Assembly (NCBI GenBank): GCA_046563655.1
Contig: CM102287.1
Location: 5,394,001 to 5,458,000, forward strand
Direction: 5' to 3'
DNA from: Yuukianura sp. NJ FZ-2021
Taxonomy: Eukaryota
Length of the DNA stretch: 64,000 nucleotides
Shown: positions 25,770 through 37,215 of the stretch, one piece after another
Layout of the letters: the number at the start of each line of letters is the position of its first letter
Position numbering within the stretch: the first letter of the stretch is position 1
Made by a program: the position numbers and the translations under genes
The notes under the pieces: model-generated
What the model was told of the DNA's origin: nothing
The model's database searches: none
What the model saw: only the letters and a program-made list of their open reading frames with translations

Positions 25770-26470
25770 TTAGTGGCGGGCGTATCCGTATCCGTGGTTG
25801 TAGGCGACTGGAACAGTTTCGATCACTCGGAATTCCTTGTTGTATTCTGGAATTCGGGGAATGAGCAGAGACTTTCGGATTTCCTCTGGCATTGGTGGGG
25901 CAGTTGGCAAGTGCTCACCGAAGGCTTGGAATCCGTTCTCATCTGACTTCCAGTTGACTGCAAATTTTGAAAAACATAATTTTGAAACTATGTTTGATTT
26001 TGAAAATATTTGTAATTTTGAAATTCTGAATCCTTACCGGTGATGACCTTTCCCTCGGGGCTGGTGTAGGAGTATGATCCTTCCTTGACGACATCCAATT
26101 CCTTGTTTCCGAGGTCCTTCAAGTGTCCAGATTCAGAAAGCGTTTGACCATCTCCAGTGTGGACTTCGGATTTGTATGTTCCCTTGTTGTCATCCAGAAG
26201 TTCCTGTCTCAGGATTGGAATAATTTTGCTGCTCTTGAGCTCAACCAACTTGACCTCGGCGGGAGCGGCGTAGCCGTAGTCCAATTTCAGTGATGGAGCA
26301 GCATAACCGTACTTGTTTGGCATAGCCGCAGCGCAGGCGCAGATAGCGAGGAGAATGGCAACCTAAGACAATTGAAAAGGTTAGTCAAACTTCGATGTTG
26401 AAAAATTTCAGAGCAATTTAAATTTTGGAAATTTGGTTTCAAAATTTACTTGGTGTGCTGTTACCTTCAT
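25770..26470 (-). CDS. RR-1 cuticular protein (Chitin_bind_4), 3 exons
   Basis: MK|VAILLAICACAA signal peptide; YGYAAP repeats; R&R consensus EGSYSYTSPEGKVIT|VNWKSDENGFQAFGEHLP; ends YNHGYGYARH*. Confidence 0.93.
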
Positions 26471-26552
26471 GATTTCTGAAGTTTTTTGAAGTTTGGAGAG
26501 TTGAAGTTTGAAAGTTTGTTGGTTGGTTGGTACTGGAAGTTGAGTGATGATG

Positions 26553-26590
26553 AACTGATGACCACTGGAAATCTGGACGCTGTTTTTATA
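26553..26590 (-). promoter_or_regulatory. TATA box plus TCAGTT initiator of the cuticle gene
   Basis: Minus-strand TATAAAAA at 26590-26583 and TCAGTT at 26558-26553, about 30 nt apart. Confidence 0.7.
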
Positions 26591-27473
26591 GTCAACCGAG
26601 GCCCTTAGAATCTCGAAGCATCCCTTAGCTAACCTTGTTCTAAAAATATTTTGATCATGAGACTTCCTTGTGCTTTCTATGTTTTTCTGTTTTGAAAACA
26701 CGGAAGGTCATTTCAAAATCTCGAAGGTTTTGAGATCTTTTCTAAAATTCTGAAAATATAACTTAAAGGGTTCAGAAATCTCAAGGTCGCTTGACTTGTT
26801 TTCTTCCGCGGGGCAGGTTTTATAGTACAAAACCACAATAATTAACAAAAAAAAAATAGAATTTTAAAGCTAATCAATTTAAATTTACTAATTGTAATTA
26901 CTATTTAGTTTTTAAATTGAATTGCTTCTTCTTTGATATAAGCGTAAACGTTTGTATGGAGTGCGAGTTATCTGCTACACAGTGAAACTCATCCTTGAAT
27001 TTTCTGTCGAATTTGTGTTTGACTGTTAATAATGTTAGTTTTTCAAAATATAAAATTTAAGTATTTAAAAAACATCGGAGAAGGTGATGGCAGCATCATG
27101 TTAGAAGTTTTTTGTTCTGTGCTGTAGGATTTGGCAAAGCTTTTTTGATTAAGGTCGATGCTTCTGACTTTGAAATGATTGACAGGACTAGTTCGATTTT
27201 TGCCTATTCCACGTAGGTTGAAAATAAGTTTTCAAAATTATCATTTTCTAGATTTGGCTTTCTTCCATAAGACAATGAGTTCAAATTCTACAATGTCCTT
27301 AGAACAATCAAGGATCATTGTTCTCAAATTGGCAAAAATGGTTTTACACAAGAGATATAATATGCCAAGGAAAGAAATGACAAGTGATGAGGTCAAACCT
27401 AATTTAAATTCGAAGCTATTTAATCACCGTTAAAAAACGCTGAAATTTCAGTTTCTTCTTCTTTTTCAAAATC

Positions 27474-28354
27474 ATGTATTTACCAGGGTAAGGAATTATT
27501 ACAATTTTTCAAAACTTGGTTTGCTCAATTTTTTTTGCTTTGAAAAGTCAAAAACAAGAAAAATAAAATAGAAATTTTTGAAAATGAAATTCTGTTTTCA
27601 TATTTTCAGACTTTTGTTAGCTTGTCTGCTCATAACTCAAGGCCGAGCAGCTCCGACGGAAATCGACCGCGGGAAAGGCGATGAGGGCCTTTCGCCCGAT
27701 ATCCAGGACACGAACCCCCCGGGGCAGACCGAAACCGACGAAAAATCCGAACCGCTGACGCCACAGCAGAAAGGACGCTTGGCCCGTTTGAACGGCGACT
27801 TCTTCCAGCTCTACGGAGCAACCAATCAGCATGAAGGCAACCTCGACGCAATTGCTGGCAACCAACTAGCATTCCGCGGAGCCTTGATTGAATTCCTAGG
27901 AAATGAACACAACATGCGCGAACTCGCTGCGTACCTAAGCGATGTCCAGGCAGCTCGAGAGGCTGATTCAGCAAAAGCAACTGGACGAGAGAAGGAGCTT
28001 GAAGAAGAAGAAGCCAAGATTCTGGGTGACCTGCGTGACCTGGTCACTCTAGCGGCTGGTAAAGAGCATGAACAGGCTCAACAGAAAGCGAAACAATTCA
28101 ATTTGGAAACGAAATCGTACCGTCTGGAGAAGGAAGAAACGCATTTGAAAGCTGAAGAAGCCGTGACTGCTCTGGAAATTGGAAATTTGGAGGAAGAACA
28201 AATCAAGATGGAAAATAATGCCAAGAGGCACTTGGCCAGGTTGGTGGCTATTGAAGAGGAACGTGAAAAGATGGAAAAAGAAAAGGAGGGTGAGGCTACC
28301 GTGGTGGCTCCAGACTCTGCCCCACCACCGGCCCCACCAGCATCTTCATCTTAA
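27474..28354 (+). CDS. Uncharacterised secreted acidic coiled-coil protein, 2 exons (27474-27487, 27610-28354)
   Basis: ATG TAT TTA CCA GG|GTAAG...TTTCAG|A gives the signal peptide MYLPGLLLACLLITQGRA. The body is E/K/A-rich and helical with a Pro-rich tail; AATAAA lies near 28498. Confidence 0.8.
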
Positions 28355-31300
28355 ACAAAATGGCTACTATATTTATTTCCTAGCTTTACTTTCTACTACT
28401 ATTGGCTCTCACTATTAATTTGTCTTTATCTCTCTACTCTTTGTCTCTCAATTCTCATTTTTTCACTTTTCATTTTCACACGATTCGATTTTCTCTAAAT
28501 AAAATTGAACTCCTTTCGCCTAAATTAAAAAAAAAAACAAGAATGAAATTTCCAGCGTAAATTTTTAAAAATCATGAAAACAAACCCTCCGACCAAAAAA
28601 AAACTGTTCAGTCTCCGCCATATATAGTGACCAAGAGCAGTTGGGTTGGATAGACTTTGAATTTCATTTTGAGTTTTTTCGTTTTTTGAATTTTGAATTT
28701 TTAGAAGAATTTTGTGAAATATTATATGCATGAATGCGATGTTACCACACCTATGGTGTAAACACTATGCTTAATATGCGGCTATTTTGAAGGTGAGAAG
28801 TGTGTCAGGTCGAGTGTCTGAACCTCGTTAATTTTTGAAACATTTTTGAAAAAATGACGGGTAAACTGACTCGCTCCGGGCTAAAATTCTGAGTCCATGA
28901 TTATGGTGGTGTCCATTGGATAACAAGGTGGGAAAATAATGCACCAATTTCCACACATCCTTGTTCCAAATGTAGCATGGTTAGAAGCTTTAAAGCAACT
29001 ATTTTGAGAAACAAAAGGTTTAAAGACTAAGAAAAGCGTTTTAGAGCAATCAAAAGTGAAAATGAGAACCACCCTCATCACTCAAAATCATCTCGTTTTC
29101 AAACCCAAAATTATTTTTCCAGGAAACCACCTTGTTGAGCTCCAGGTCAAAGTGTCAGGCGTCAGGCGATGCTGCGATTGACTTAACTTTAGGTGGCTGC
29201 ATTTGAAACGAACCTAACGTTGTGGGTGTTTAGCATTACACTAGTAAAGAAAGCGAAAAAGTATTTCACATTCCAAAACTTCTAAGTCGTTCAAACAAAC
29301 TATATTTCATATCTACTAAAATAAATCAATTCGGAAGATATTTGTTGGAATTTGATGGAAATTAATAGATTTTGAATTTCACTAACTATAATTTTCTGTA
29401 TTCTGTTATTTTTTTACTTAAACTTGTTACGTTTAAAAGTTTAGCTTTATAAATTCATGCCCAAAATTCAAAAAGTGTAATCAACATCAAAAGTCCGAAT
29501 ACGGACTTGACAGCGTGCTTCAAAAAATTTTCAAGTTTGTATCTTTATTTTACGAAAAAGTCAGATCTGAAAACACTTGCCGCTGAAGTGTGAAATTGAG
29601 ACAAGGATTGGACAGACTGAAAATTATAAAGTCTTTTCGGAAGAAGTCAGAAGCAGTTCCTATTCAATCGCTGTCTGTTATGGTAAAATGGATGCTGAAT
29701 GTTGTTATCCCATAAACGCTAATCAAATCTTCATCTTTTCTTCAGATTTCGTAAGGAATTGCCACAGGAGGCTCCAGGCTCAGCGGGAAATTGATCTCAA
29801 AGTAAAATCATAATCTCACATCTCAACTTTGTAAAATAAAATCATGATCAAATCACATTCTTATTTTGTTCCAATTTTTTTGCTATTTATCCTCAAAATT
29901 TTGCGCAAACCACACATTGGTTTCGACAAAGGTGCTAGAAGAGTTTTTCGATTTGAATTTCCGAATTTCGTAATAAAGACGAAAAGAAAAAGAAAACGCC
30001 AACCGAATTTTTGTTCTTCCTAACATTCGGTTTTTCTATCTCAGCTTTCATATTCAAGTCCAACTTTTGAGAGTTAATCACGTTGTAAAATATAAAACAT
30101 TTATAAAAATTCTTCTGTAGAGAATCAATAACTTAGGTTTTACATCAAAATGCGGGTAGAATCAAAAAGTTGAACATGTATTTAAGTACTTTGGGGTAGT
30201 TTGTGGGGGTTGTTGCTATCATGACTGCTCAACGTTATGATGACTTGTGATTTGAAGTGCAATTACATAAGTTTGATAAGTGCCTTGTTAGATGATGATG
30301 GGGCTGTTTTAAAACTAAAATAGGCTTGAGAAGATGAGGCAAATCACTCACACTTTTTGTTTTCATTTTTCAATTTCATGAAATGAAAATAGAAAATGAA
30401 ACAAAAGGAAAATCATCCCTCTCATATCTATCAGATCATGCATCTCCCTCCTGCTTCCTTAAGAAATTAGTTTGGATCTTCTTCGTAGGAGGCCTTCAAC
30501 CACTTTACCAAACCAACTTACAATTACAATCCAAAGGAAATGGAACTTACAACATTACAACATGCAATCAGACATCACAAAACAATTTTCCACCTAAAAG
30601 AAAAATTCCGAACCATTTTATATCAATTTTACCCGCAAAACATTAGGACTTTTTGAGAATTTGAGGAAACTCAATTTTTAACAGTTTCTAACTTCTTTTC
30701 CATTTTTGAAAAGAAAGCAGAGCGTTTTTGTTTTAGCGTATGCATAGTTGAAGTATAGTTTGCTTTTTATCGTTGGGGATCAAAACAATTTTTATGGAGA
30801 AGCATTTTGAAACAAAAATGAAAAAATTAGGTTTTTGGAAAGACGGTTAAAAATTGGTAGTTGCCAGCAAAATTTATGAGGCAACGACATGTGTTTGATC
30901 TTAACAAATTCAAAACTCAGGATTTTTTGAAACCTCGAGGCACCTTTCATCTCGCTATCATCTTCCAGGATTTATGCTTTTTTTCTAAGACTTAAAAAAC
31001 TCATGAATAATTCCATACTTTTTAAACTTTAGCCCTCTGGAAGTAATTGTTCAAACTAACTATTTAAATAATTAATTACCAAGTAATTTGTTCCCTTCGT
31101 CCGTCGTACTTAGGTTAGTCTGGAACAAAGGAAATTCAGTTTGTCATTTTCAACCTACGAAAAAGTGTCCAGCAGTTTCAACTTTTTGGAGCCAGTTCTT
31201 TTGAAAAGTGCTGGAGGCTGTAGGAATTGTTGCAGTTTAACAATTAAAAGAATCCAGGTGCCCTTGAGGTAATTCCTCATTGAGAATCCTTGTGCTTAAT

Positions 31301-34300
31301 CAAATGTATAAATCTCTAAATTAATTATCTCAGTAGAATTGGTATTTTGACTAAGCTGGAATTGTAATCTGGTCGGAATATTTAAGTGATTTAATTTGGA
31401 AAAGATTCACTTAATTTTCTTTGAGAGATTTCAGTGGTTAGGTAGTTTCTAAGTACTTTTTCTAAGCTGTGGATGTTAAATCCAGTTCCCAGGAGTGGCG
31501 GTCATAAAGAAGCGGAGAGACGTTAACATGATTTTCCTGTTAGTTTAATCGAAATCTGGGAAATTGATGACATAGGCGACACTTTATTCCTATCTTAAAC
31601 CGAGTACCCGACAACTCATCCTGGAGTGCTTTCAAATACTCGTTTCCAAACCACAACTCATTTATTGCTTTCCCTTCGTGGTTTACTTCAACTCCAAAAC
31701 AAAAACTACTAACTTGAATTAAAACAAAAGTTTCGAAAACTTCAAAAAAAAGAAATTCTACAAAAAAATTGTACATGTACCCGATTTGTTTTTGTTTGCT
31801 TTAGTTTTGGTTTTAGTTTTCTGCTGGACTCTCATGTTAGTGACAAATCAAAGAGTTTTTCTTGGGAAAGCTGAAAATTGGAAACTTTTATAAAAGAGGA
31901 TTTAAAATATGTGCATCGACTAACCAAAAAAAGATCTTTTTCAAAATTTTGACCAAAAATGGATATTGTACATGCGCAGATGATGACAAGACATGACATG
32001 TTTACTTGTTCCGGAAGAAAGAAGTTCCAAGTCCTTCTGCCCTGTTTCCCATAAGCCCTCAACCCCATCATCCCTCATCCCTTCAAGGGATGAAGAATTA
32101 CTTAAGGAACATGTACTGTCCATTGTCCTGGATTAAAAAAGGAATTGGATTTGGACTTAAGGGAGCTTTAAGGGCCTCAAAGGTTATGCCAAGCCGTTTC
32201 TTTGCCAAGGGCACCCTGTATTTCTAAATTCTGAAGATGACAGATCCAAAGGGTTCATGAAGTAGAGCGTCTTACCTTGAATTGGATTTATAAAATTGTT
32301 TGTTTGAAACAAGGAAACAATTGAGCCAATTGTCCAATTTCATGTTCAATTCACCTGGAACGATTGTCGAAGCTTCGAACTCTTTCAATCCAATTGAGGA
32401 ACAACAAGCAAACATTGAGATCCCATTTCAAAATTTCAAAAGAAACGATTAGCACTTTTTGTATTCTGAAATTGTTCAAAACAGGATCAAATATTTTGAA
32501 TAGACAACATTTTGTAGTTTTCTTTCAGAACTCTCAGCACATTGTCAAACAACAAAGTTCAAAAGATATCGAAGAAAATGGACTTCCTGGATGGGAGAAA
32601 GCTGGACACTGGAAATTGACATTTGACAAGTTCCGCTTGACTGTGTCCTGTACATGACACACGACATTGTACAACATGTAGAGACATAGAGTTTGACTTT
32701 TGTCAAAGTTTAGAAATTGTAACTATAACATGAAAAGTAAAGTTTCATATTTCAAAACTGAAAACAGATTTCAGTAAAACTTAAAACTTTTCAGAGTTGA
32801 GCATCTCAGTAAACCCCGAGTTTAAGCACGAGCTCGGACTTTAAATTAGATCATACACTCAAAAAGCATGTAGAAAGTTGGCTTTTCCGGATGTTTCAAA
32901 ATTTTGAACTCCGAGATTCGGAGAGTTTAGTTTGGTTCCTGGAGAAAGTTAGGCTAGGTTTCGGTTTTAGTTTGTTTCTTCAACTAAGGAATTTCAAGGG
33001 TGCGTGGTTTTTGACGTTGACAGGAGTTATACACAGAGTTGACTTTTGTTACACAGGGGAAAGTCTGTTACTACATTGGAAGTATTTTTGTGGCTTTTAT
33101 CGTGACTTGTCAAGTTGACATGGGGTACACTCTCCATCAATTCCTCCTCGGTTTGTCTTGTTCTTATAATGGTCACAGCGTCGTCACATTGACTATAGTG
33201 ACAGGTCGGAAATCGGTTTCGTGAGTCAATGACCCCTCCTGTCTCGAAATTGTTTTCTTCAAGGGGTCATCACTGTCGATTTCCTCAACTGAAAGCACAT
33301 TTCAAATTCTGTCAGCTTCACAACAAACTTGAAGTTTGAATCGTAGGATGTAATCTTCTAACTCAAAACTGCATTGAATAAGAAATCTGTGCGAAGATTT
33401 ACAAACATTTTTTTAAAATGGATTTTGATTCGAACAGTTTCGATTTTTACTTTTTAGTATTTTCGTTCGTTTTACTGTTGGGGTGAGTCACTATGTTTCG
33501 TATGCGGGACACACCGAAAAGTAATCCGATTGTTTTCAATTTGGAAATCGTTTGAACGTTACGCAACAAAGGAAATGAAATAACAAATTACTGAAAAGCG
33601 TTTCTGCTATCTGTAAACACAAAGAGCACCAAAATGACACTTTGAATTGGTTTTTGATTGAAATTGGAGATTTGAAAACTAAAGGAAGCTTTTATTCGAA
33701 ATTTCCAAAAACTAAAACACACTTTCCCAACACAAACACTGGAAAAGGAATGCTAATCTGTTTCCCTTTGAAGTTGCCATCTTTTATTTTTGTTTCATTC
33801 TGCTCCCAACAGGATTCGAACCTTCTACCCCCATTTTGAACACACATTTCCAAATTCATGAACTTTTGACAAGATCATCCCTGAGCAGAGATCAAAGGGC
33901 GATGTAGGTTTGATGTGGGCAATTACTTTTTGGTAACAAGATTTAGCACTACAAGAGAAGCCCTAACTATTAGTTTTAATTCCATTCCACTTCTTGAGTT
34001 GAATAACATTAGAAAAGTACCCAACAATGTAAAGTAAATAAGCAATTTGGGGAAGATTTGAAATTCCTGAAAAACAATGGTCCAGCAGTAGGAGATATTT
34101 TATGTGGGAGTTGAAGGTATTTGTCATTTGAAAAGAAGGGGAGAATGGATTGTTTAATTCTCAGTTTTAATTATGAAGGAGAAACACAGTGGGAGAGAAA
34201 TTAAAGAATTCTTTAAACATTTTATTGTTTCTCCATGTACAGATCGTTTTCTTTTGTCTAATGAAGGTTTATGTATATCTACTGGTTGAGGTTTTAAAAG

Positions 34301-35012
34301 ATGTTAAGATTATTTCTTTTGGTTAAGATGAAACATTAGAGTCATGCTGTTCCGCATTAGGCATAAGGTATAACAATTTACAAAGTGTGAATAATTGAAA
34401 TGAAGAGGCTTTTCATTACATTCGTCATGAAACGAAACTTGGAGAATTAATTTTGTCTTATATTTTTGTATTTTACCTTGGGGAAAAATCGGACTTTTTC
34501 TATAACGCGTGAAGGCAGTGAAATAATGGCAATATAATGAAATCCGTACCCGACGATTTTTTGCAAAAACGCAAAACGTAAGTAATCGTAGTTAAAAATC
34601 CATTTCAATTCACTCCTGCCAGCTTAAAGTCAAACATTTGCACAATTTTTTATAGTTTTCTGTTTCTTTTTTCTATAACTTTCTATTTTAGTTCTAATAT
34701 TTGAAGTTCTGCAGCATGTCAAAATCCCACGACTTTATTTCAAGAAAACAATCTTCAATCTTCTTCATTCGTTTTTGGACAGGAATCGGAATTAGGATAT
34801 GCAAAATGTTTCTAAAACTGTATACTTTTAGTTTGGATTGTTTTTTTAACATCAGAGGAGATTAAAATAATATCTATGTTGCGAAACAGTGGAATCAAAA
34901 GCGTTTAACTCAAGTTACCACCAGTTCTAAATCTATAACTTCCGTTTTGCAATAAACGGCTGCAGTTCCAAAGAAATCACTTCACTTTCCAAGAAATAAG
35001 TTGATATGTTAT

Positions 35013-35496
35013 TAGGGATGCCGCCGTTTCCGTGTAAAAGCGGAAAACGCAACGGACGTTCCGTTTTTGTTTTTTGAATTTTTTGAAACGCTACCTTTCG
35101 TTTCGTTTCCGTTTTCGTCGAAAAACGGAACGAAAACAAAAATCAAAAAACGGAAAAAAGAAAAACCAGGGAAAAGGCCCAATTTTCCCTCTTCCGTACT
35201 GAAATTTTGGGAAATTAAAAATTCCACACGTTAAAATCATAGTCCACTCTAACAATTTTGACCACATTTGGAATGATATCAAGTGGATTTTCGAAGGGCT
35301 GAACATAGATTTCAAGTTTTGCCCTTCGAAAATCCAATTCTTTTATAGTCAACCGTTTTTCCGTTTCTAAACCGTTTTTTTTTGTTCCGTTTTCGTTCAT
35401 CTGTTTTATGACAGTTTCCGTTTTGCGGCTTACCGTTTCGTTTCGTTTCCGTTTTTAGCAAAAAACGGAAACGAAACGCACGCGGCGGTCACCCTA
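35013..35496. mobile_element. Non-autonomous hAT (Ac/Ds-like) MITE, 484 bp
   Basis: Imperfect TIRs TAGGGATGCCGCCG / (rc) TAGGGTGACCGCCG. 8-bp TSD TATGTTAT (35005-35012) / CATGTTAT (35497-35504). About 13 subterminal AAACGG/CCGTTT motifs. Confidence 0.85.
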
Positions 35497-35718
35497 CATG
35501 TTATTCCCGAATTTGAGTGAATTTTGGTTGCAAAATCGCTGCTCGAGCGGAAGTAGGTAGTAAGAGTCAACTTGAAATGCGACTTTTATTAAAGCCAATC
35601 AGACTTTATAAGTGTTGCAAATTTGCACAAGAACGCATCATCGCAGTTTCAAAGAAGATTTCAGTTGTTTGCAGAAAAATTGTTTCAAAAAACCAACCTT
35701 GAAAAAACGAAAATCAGG

Positions 35719-37215
35719 ATGGGAGGTTACTTCGTTCGGGTTTCCATTTTTATTTTAGTTTGTGCCATGATTATTGTTTTGTCAAAAGCGCAAGGCACAA
35801 GAAGCTCATTTGGAGAATACTGCAATGGAACGGTAAAATGTAACCAAACTGCTTGGTTAGTTTGTAAATCTTCTGCATGTTCGTGTTTCATGGAGAATAT
35901 GATTTATGAAAAGGGCAAGGGGAAGTGTGTCGCAAAATCTGGTGAGCGTTGCAAATTTCAAGTTTCGTCGTCACAGAATACCACAGACATATTTGGAGTG
36001 GTGCTATATGAAACGATGGATTGTGTTCCAAATGCCGTCTGCGGTGTCCATGGACTCACGTGTGATTGCAAGGAAGGCTATTACGAAACACAGAACGGAT
36101 TCTGCCAAGAACAAAACGATGTTGACGTGAAATGCAAGTCAACTGCAGAATGCAAAGCATCCAAAGGCCTAGTCTGTGTCAAAGGACAATGCGCCTGTGA
36201 CCCAGCGTTGGACCATATGTATTCCTATTATGGCACAAGTGATCAGAAATGTGTTGGCAAAGCAGGAAAAGTCCTTACAGGAAACACGACATGCGCGAGA
36301 TTTTTGTCTCTTAAGAATGGCGTCTGCATTTGCAACTCTCCAGAAAAAAACTATGCCAGCGCGGATGGTTTTTGCTACGGAAGGAAAAACTTTGGTGAGA
36401 CATGTACCATGGATGATGAGTGTACACATCCAACACATTGTGCGAGCTGTGTTCAGGGAAAATGCGCATGTGACCCAGAGAAACGTACGCTGAGAACAAT
36501 GCCCAATACTTCTCCCGCGGTGACTCGTTGTGTTGGAAAGGCTGGTCAACCTTGTAATACCTTTCGGGAGTGCGCTGAAAATGCAGTTTGTTCTACTAAC
36601 AGTACCTGCGTATGCAACTCTGGCTACTCTGTGACTTCAGAAGGCTTTTGCGGAATAGGTCACGGAAACTCATGTACTGCATCCAAGCCCTGCGCCGACG
36701 AATTCCGCTGCACCAACGGAATCTGTAATTGCCCTCAACTTCAACACCAAACTGCGACTGGAAATCCGATAAAATGTTTAGGACTTGCTTCTTCATTTTG
36801 TTTTAACACGTCAGACTGTTTCACAAATTTGGAATGCAAGTATGTCTCGGCGACTGGGCAAATGCAATGCGTCTGCAAAGATGGACTCGTTGAAAATGAA
36901 GCTGGAACATGTGTTTCTATAGCATGGAATTCCACTTGCATCTACGGTATTACTACACTGTGTGACCCTGTAGCTGGACTTGTCTGTCGAAACGGACTCT
37001 GTTCCTGTCCTGATACTTTGATGACTTACGACTCTCATCGACGCGCATGCGTGGGACTGGTTGGATCTAGATGCGATTTGGTGAAAAATCCTGAAAGCTG
37101 TGGACATGGAGGCAAATGTGTGCAAATGAACAAGAAAGTGGCTGGGAGATGTTTGTGTGAAGAAGGTTATGAGGTCAAAGGTGACGCCACATGTGGAAAA
37201 GAGGTACTTACTTAA
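35719..37215 (+). CDS. Intronless secreted Cys-rich protein with tandem EGF/EB-like modules (~498 aa)
   Basis: MGGYFVRVSIFILVCAMIIVLSKA signal peptide; repeated C-x-C...C.G..G..C modules. TATAA at 35607 and CAGTT near 35644; AATAAA near 37280 and 37362. Confidence 0.88.
   Translation: MGGYFVRVSIFILVCAMIIVLSKAQGTRSSFGEYCNGTVKCNQTAWLVCKSSACSCFMENMIYEKGKGKCVAKSGERCKFQVSSSQNTTDIFGVVLYETMDCVPNAVCGVHGLTCDCKEGYYETQNGFCQEQNDVDVKCKSTAECKASKGLVCVKGQCACDPALDHMYSYYGTSDQKCVGKAGKVLTGNTTCARFLSLKNGVCICNSPEKNYASADGFCYGRKNFGETCTMDDECTHPTHCASCVQGKCACDPEKRTLRTMPNTSPAVTRCVGKAGQPCNTFRECAENAVCSTNSTCVCNSGYSVTSEGFCGIGHGNSCTASKPCADEFRCTNGICNCPQLQHQTATGNPIKCLGLASSFCFNTSDCFTNLECKYVSATGQMQCVCKDGLVENEAGTCVSIAWNSTCIYGITTLCDPVAGLVCRNGLCSCPDTLMTYDSHRRACVGLVGSRCDLVKNPESCGHGGKCVQMNKKVAGRCLCEEGYEVKGDATCGKEVLT

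Noticed and set aside
33801..33886. tRNA gene on the minus strand
   Set aside because: Only the T-loop matches; the acceptor stem pairs poorly and there is no D-arm GG or clean anticodon arm.
28500..34900. Short ORFs in AT-rich intergenic DNA (also 38400-46000, 48100-56000, 62000-64000)
   Set aside because: F/K/L/S-biased random-like translations with no domains or coherent splice structure, and no transposase or RT motifs seen.
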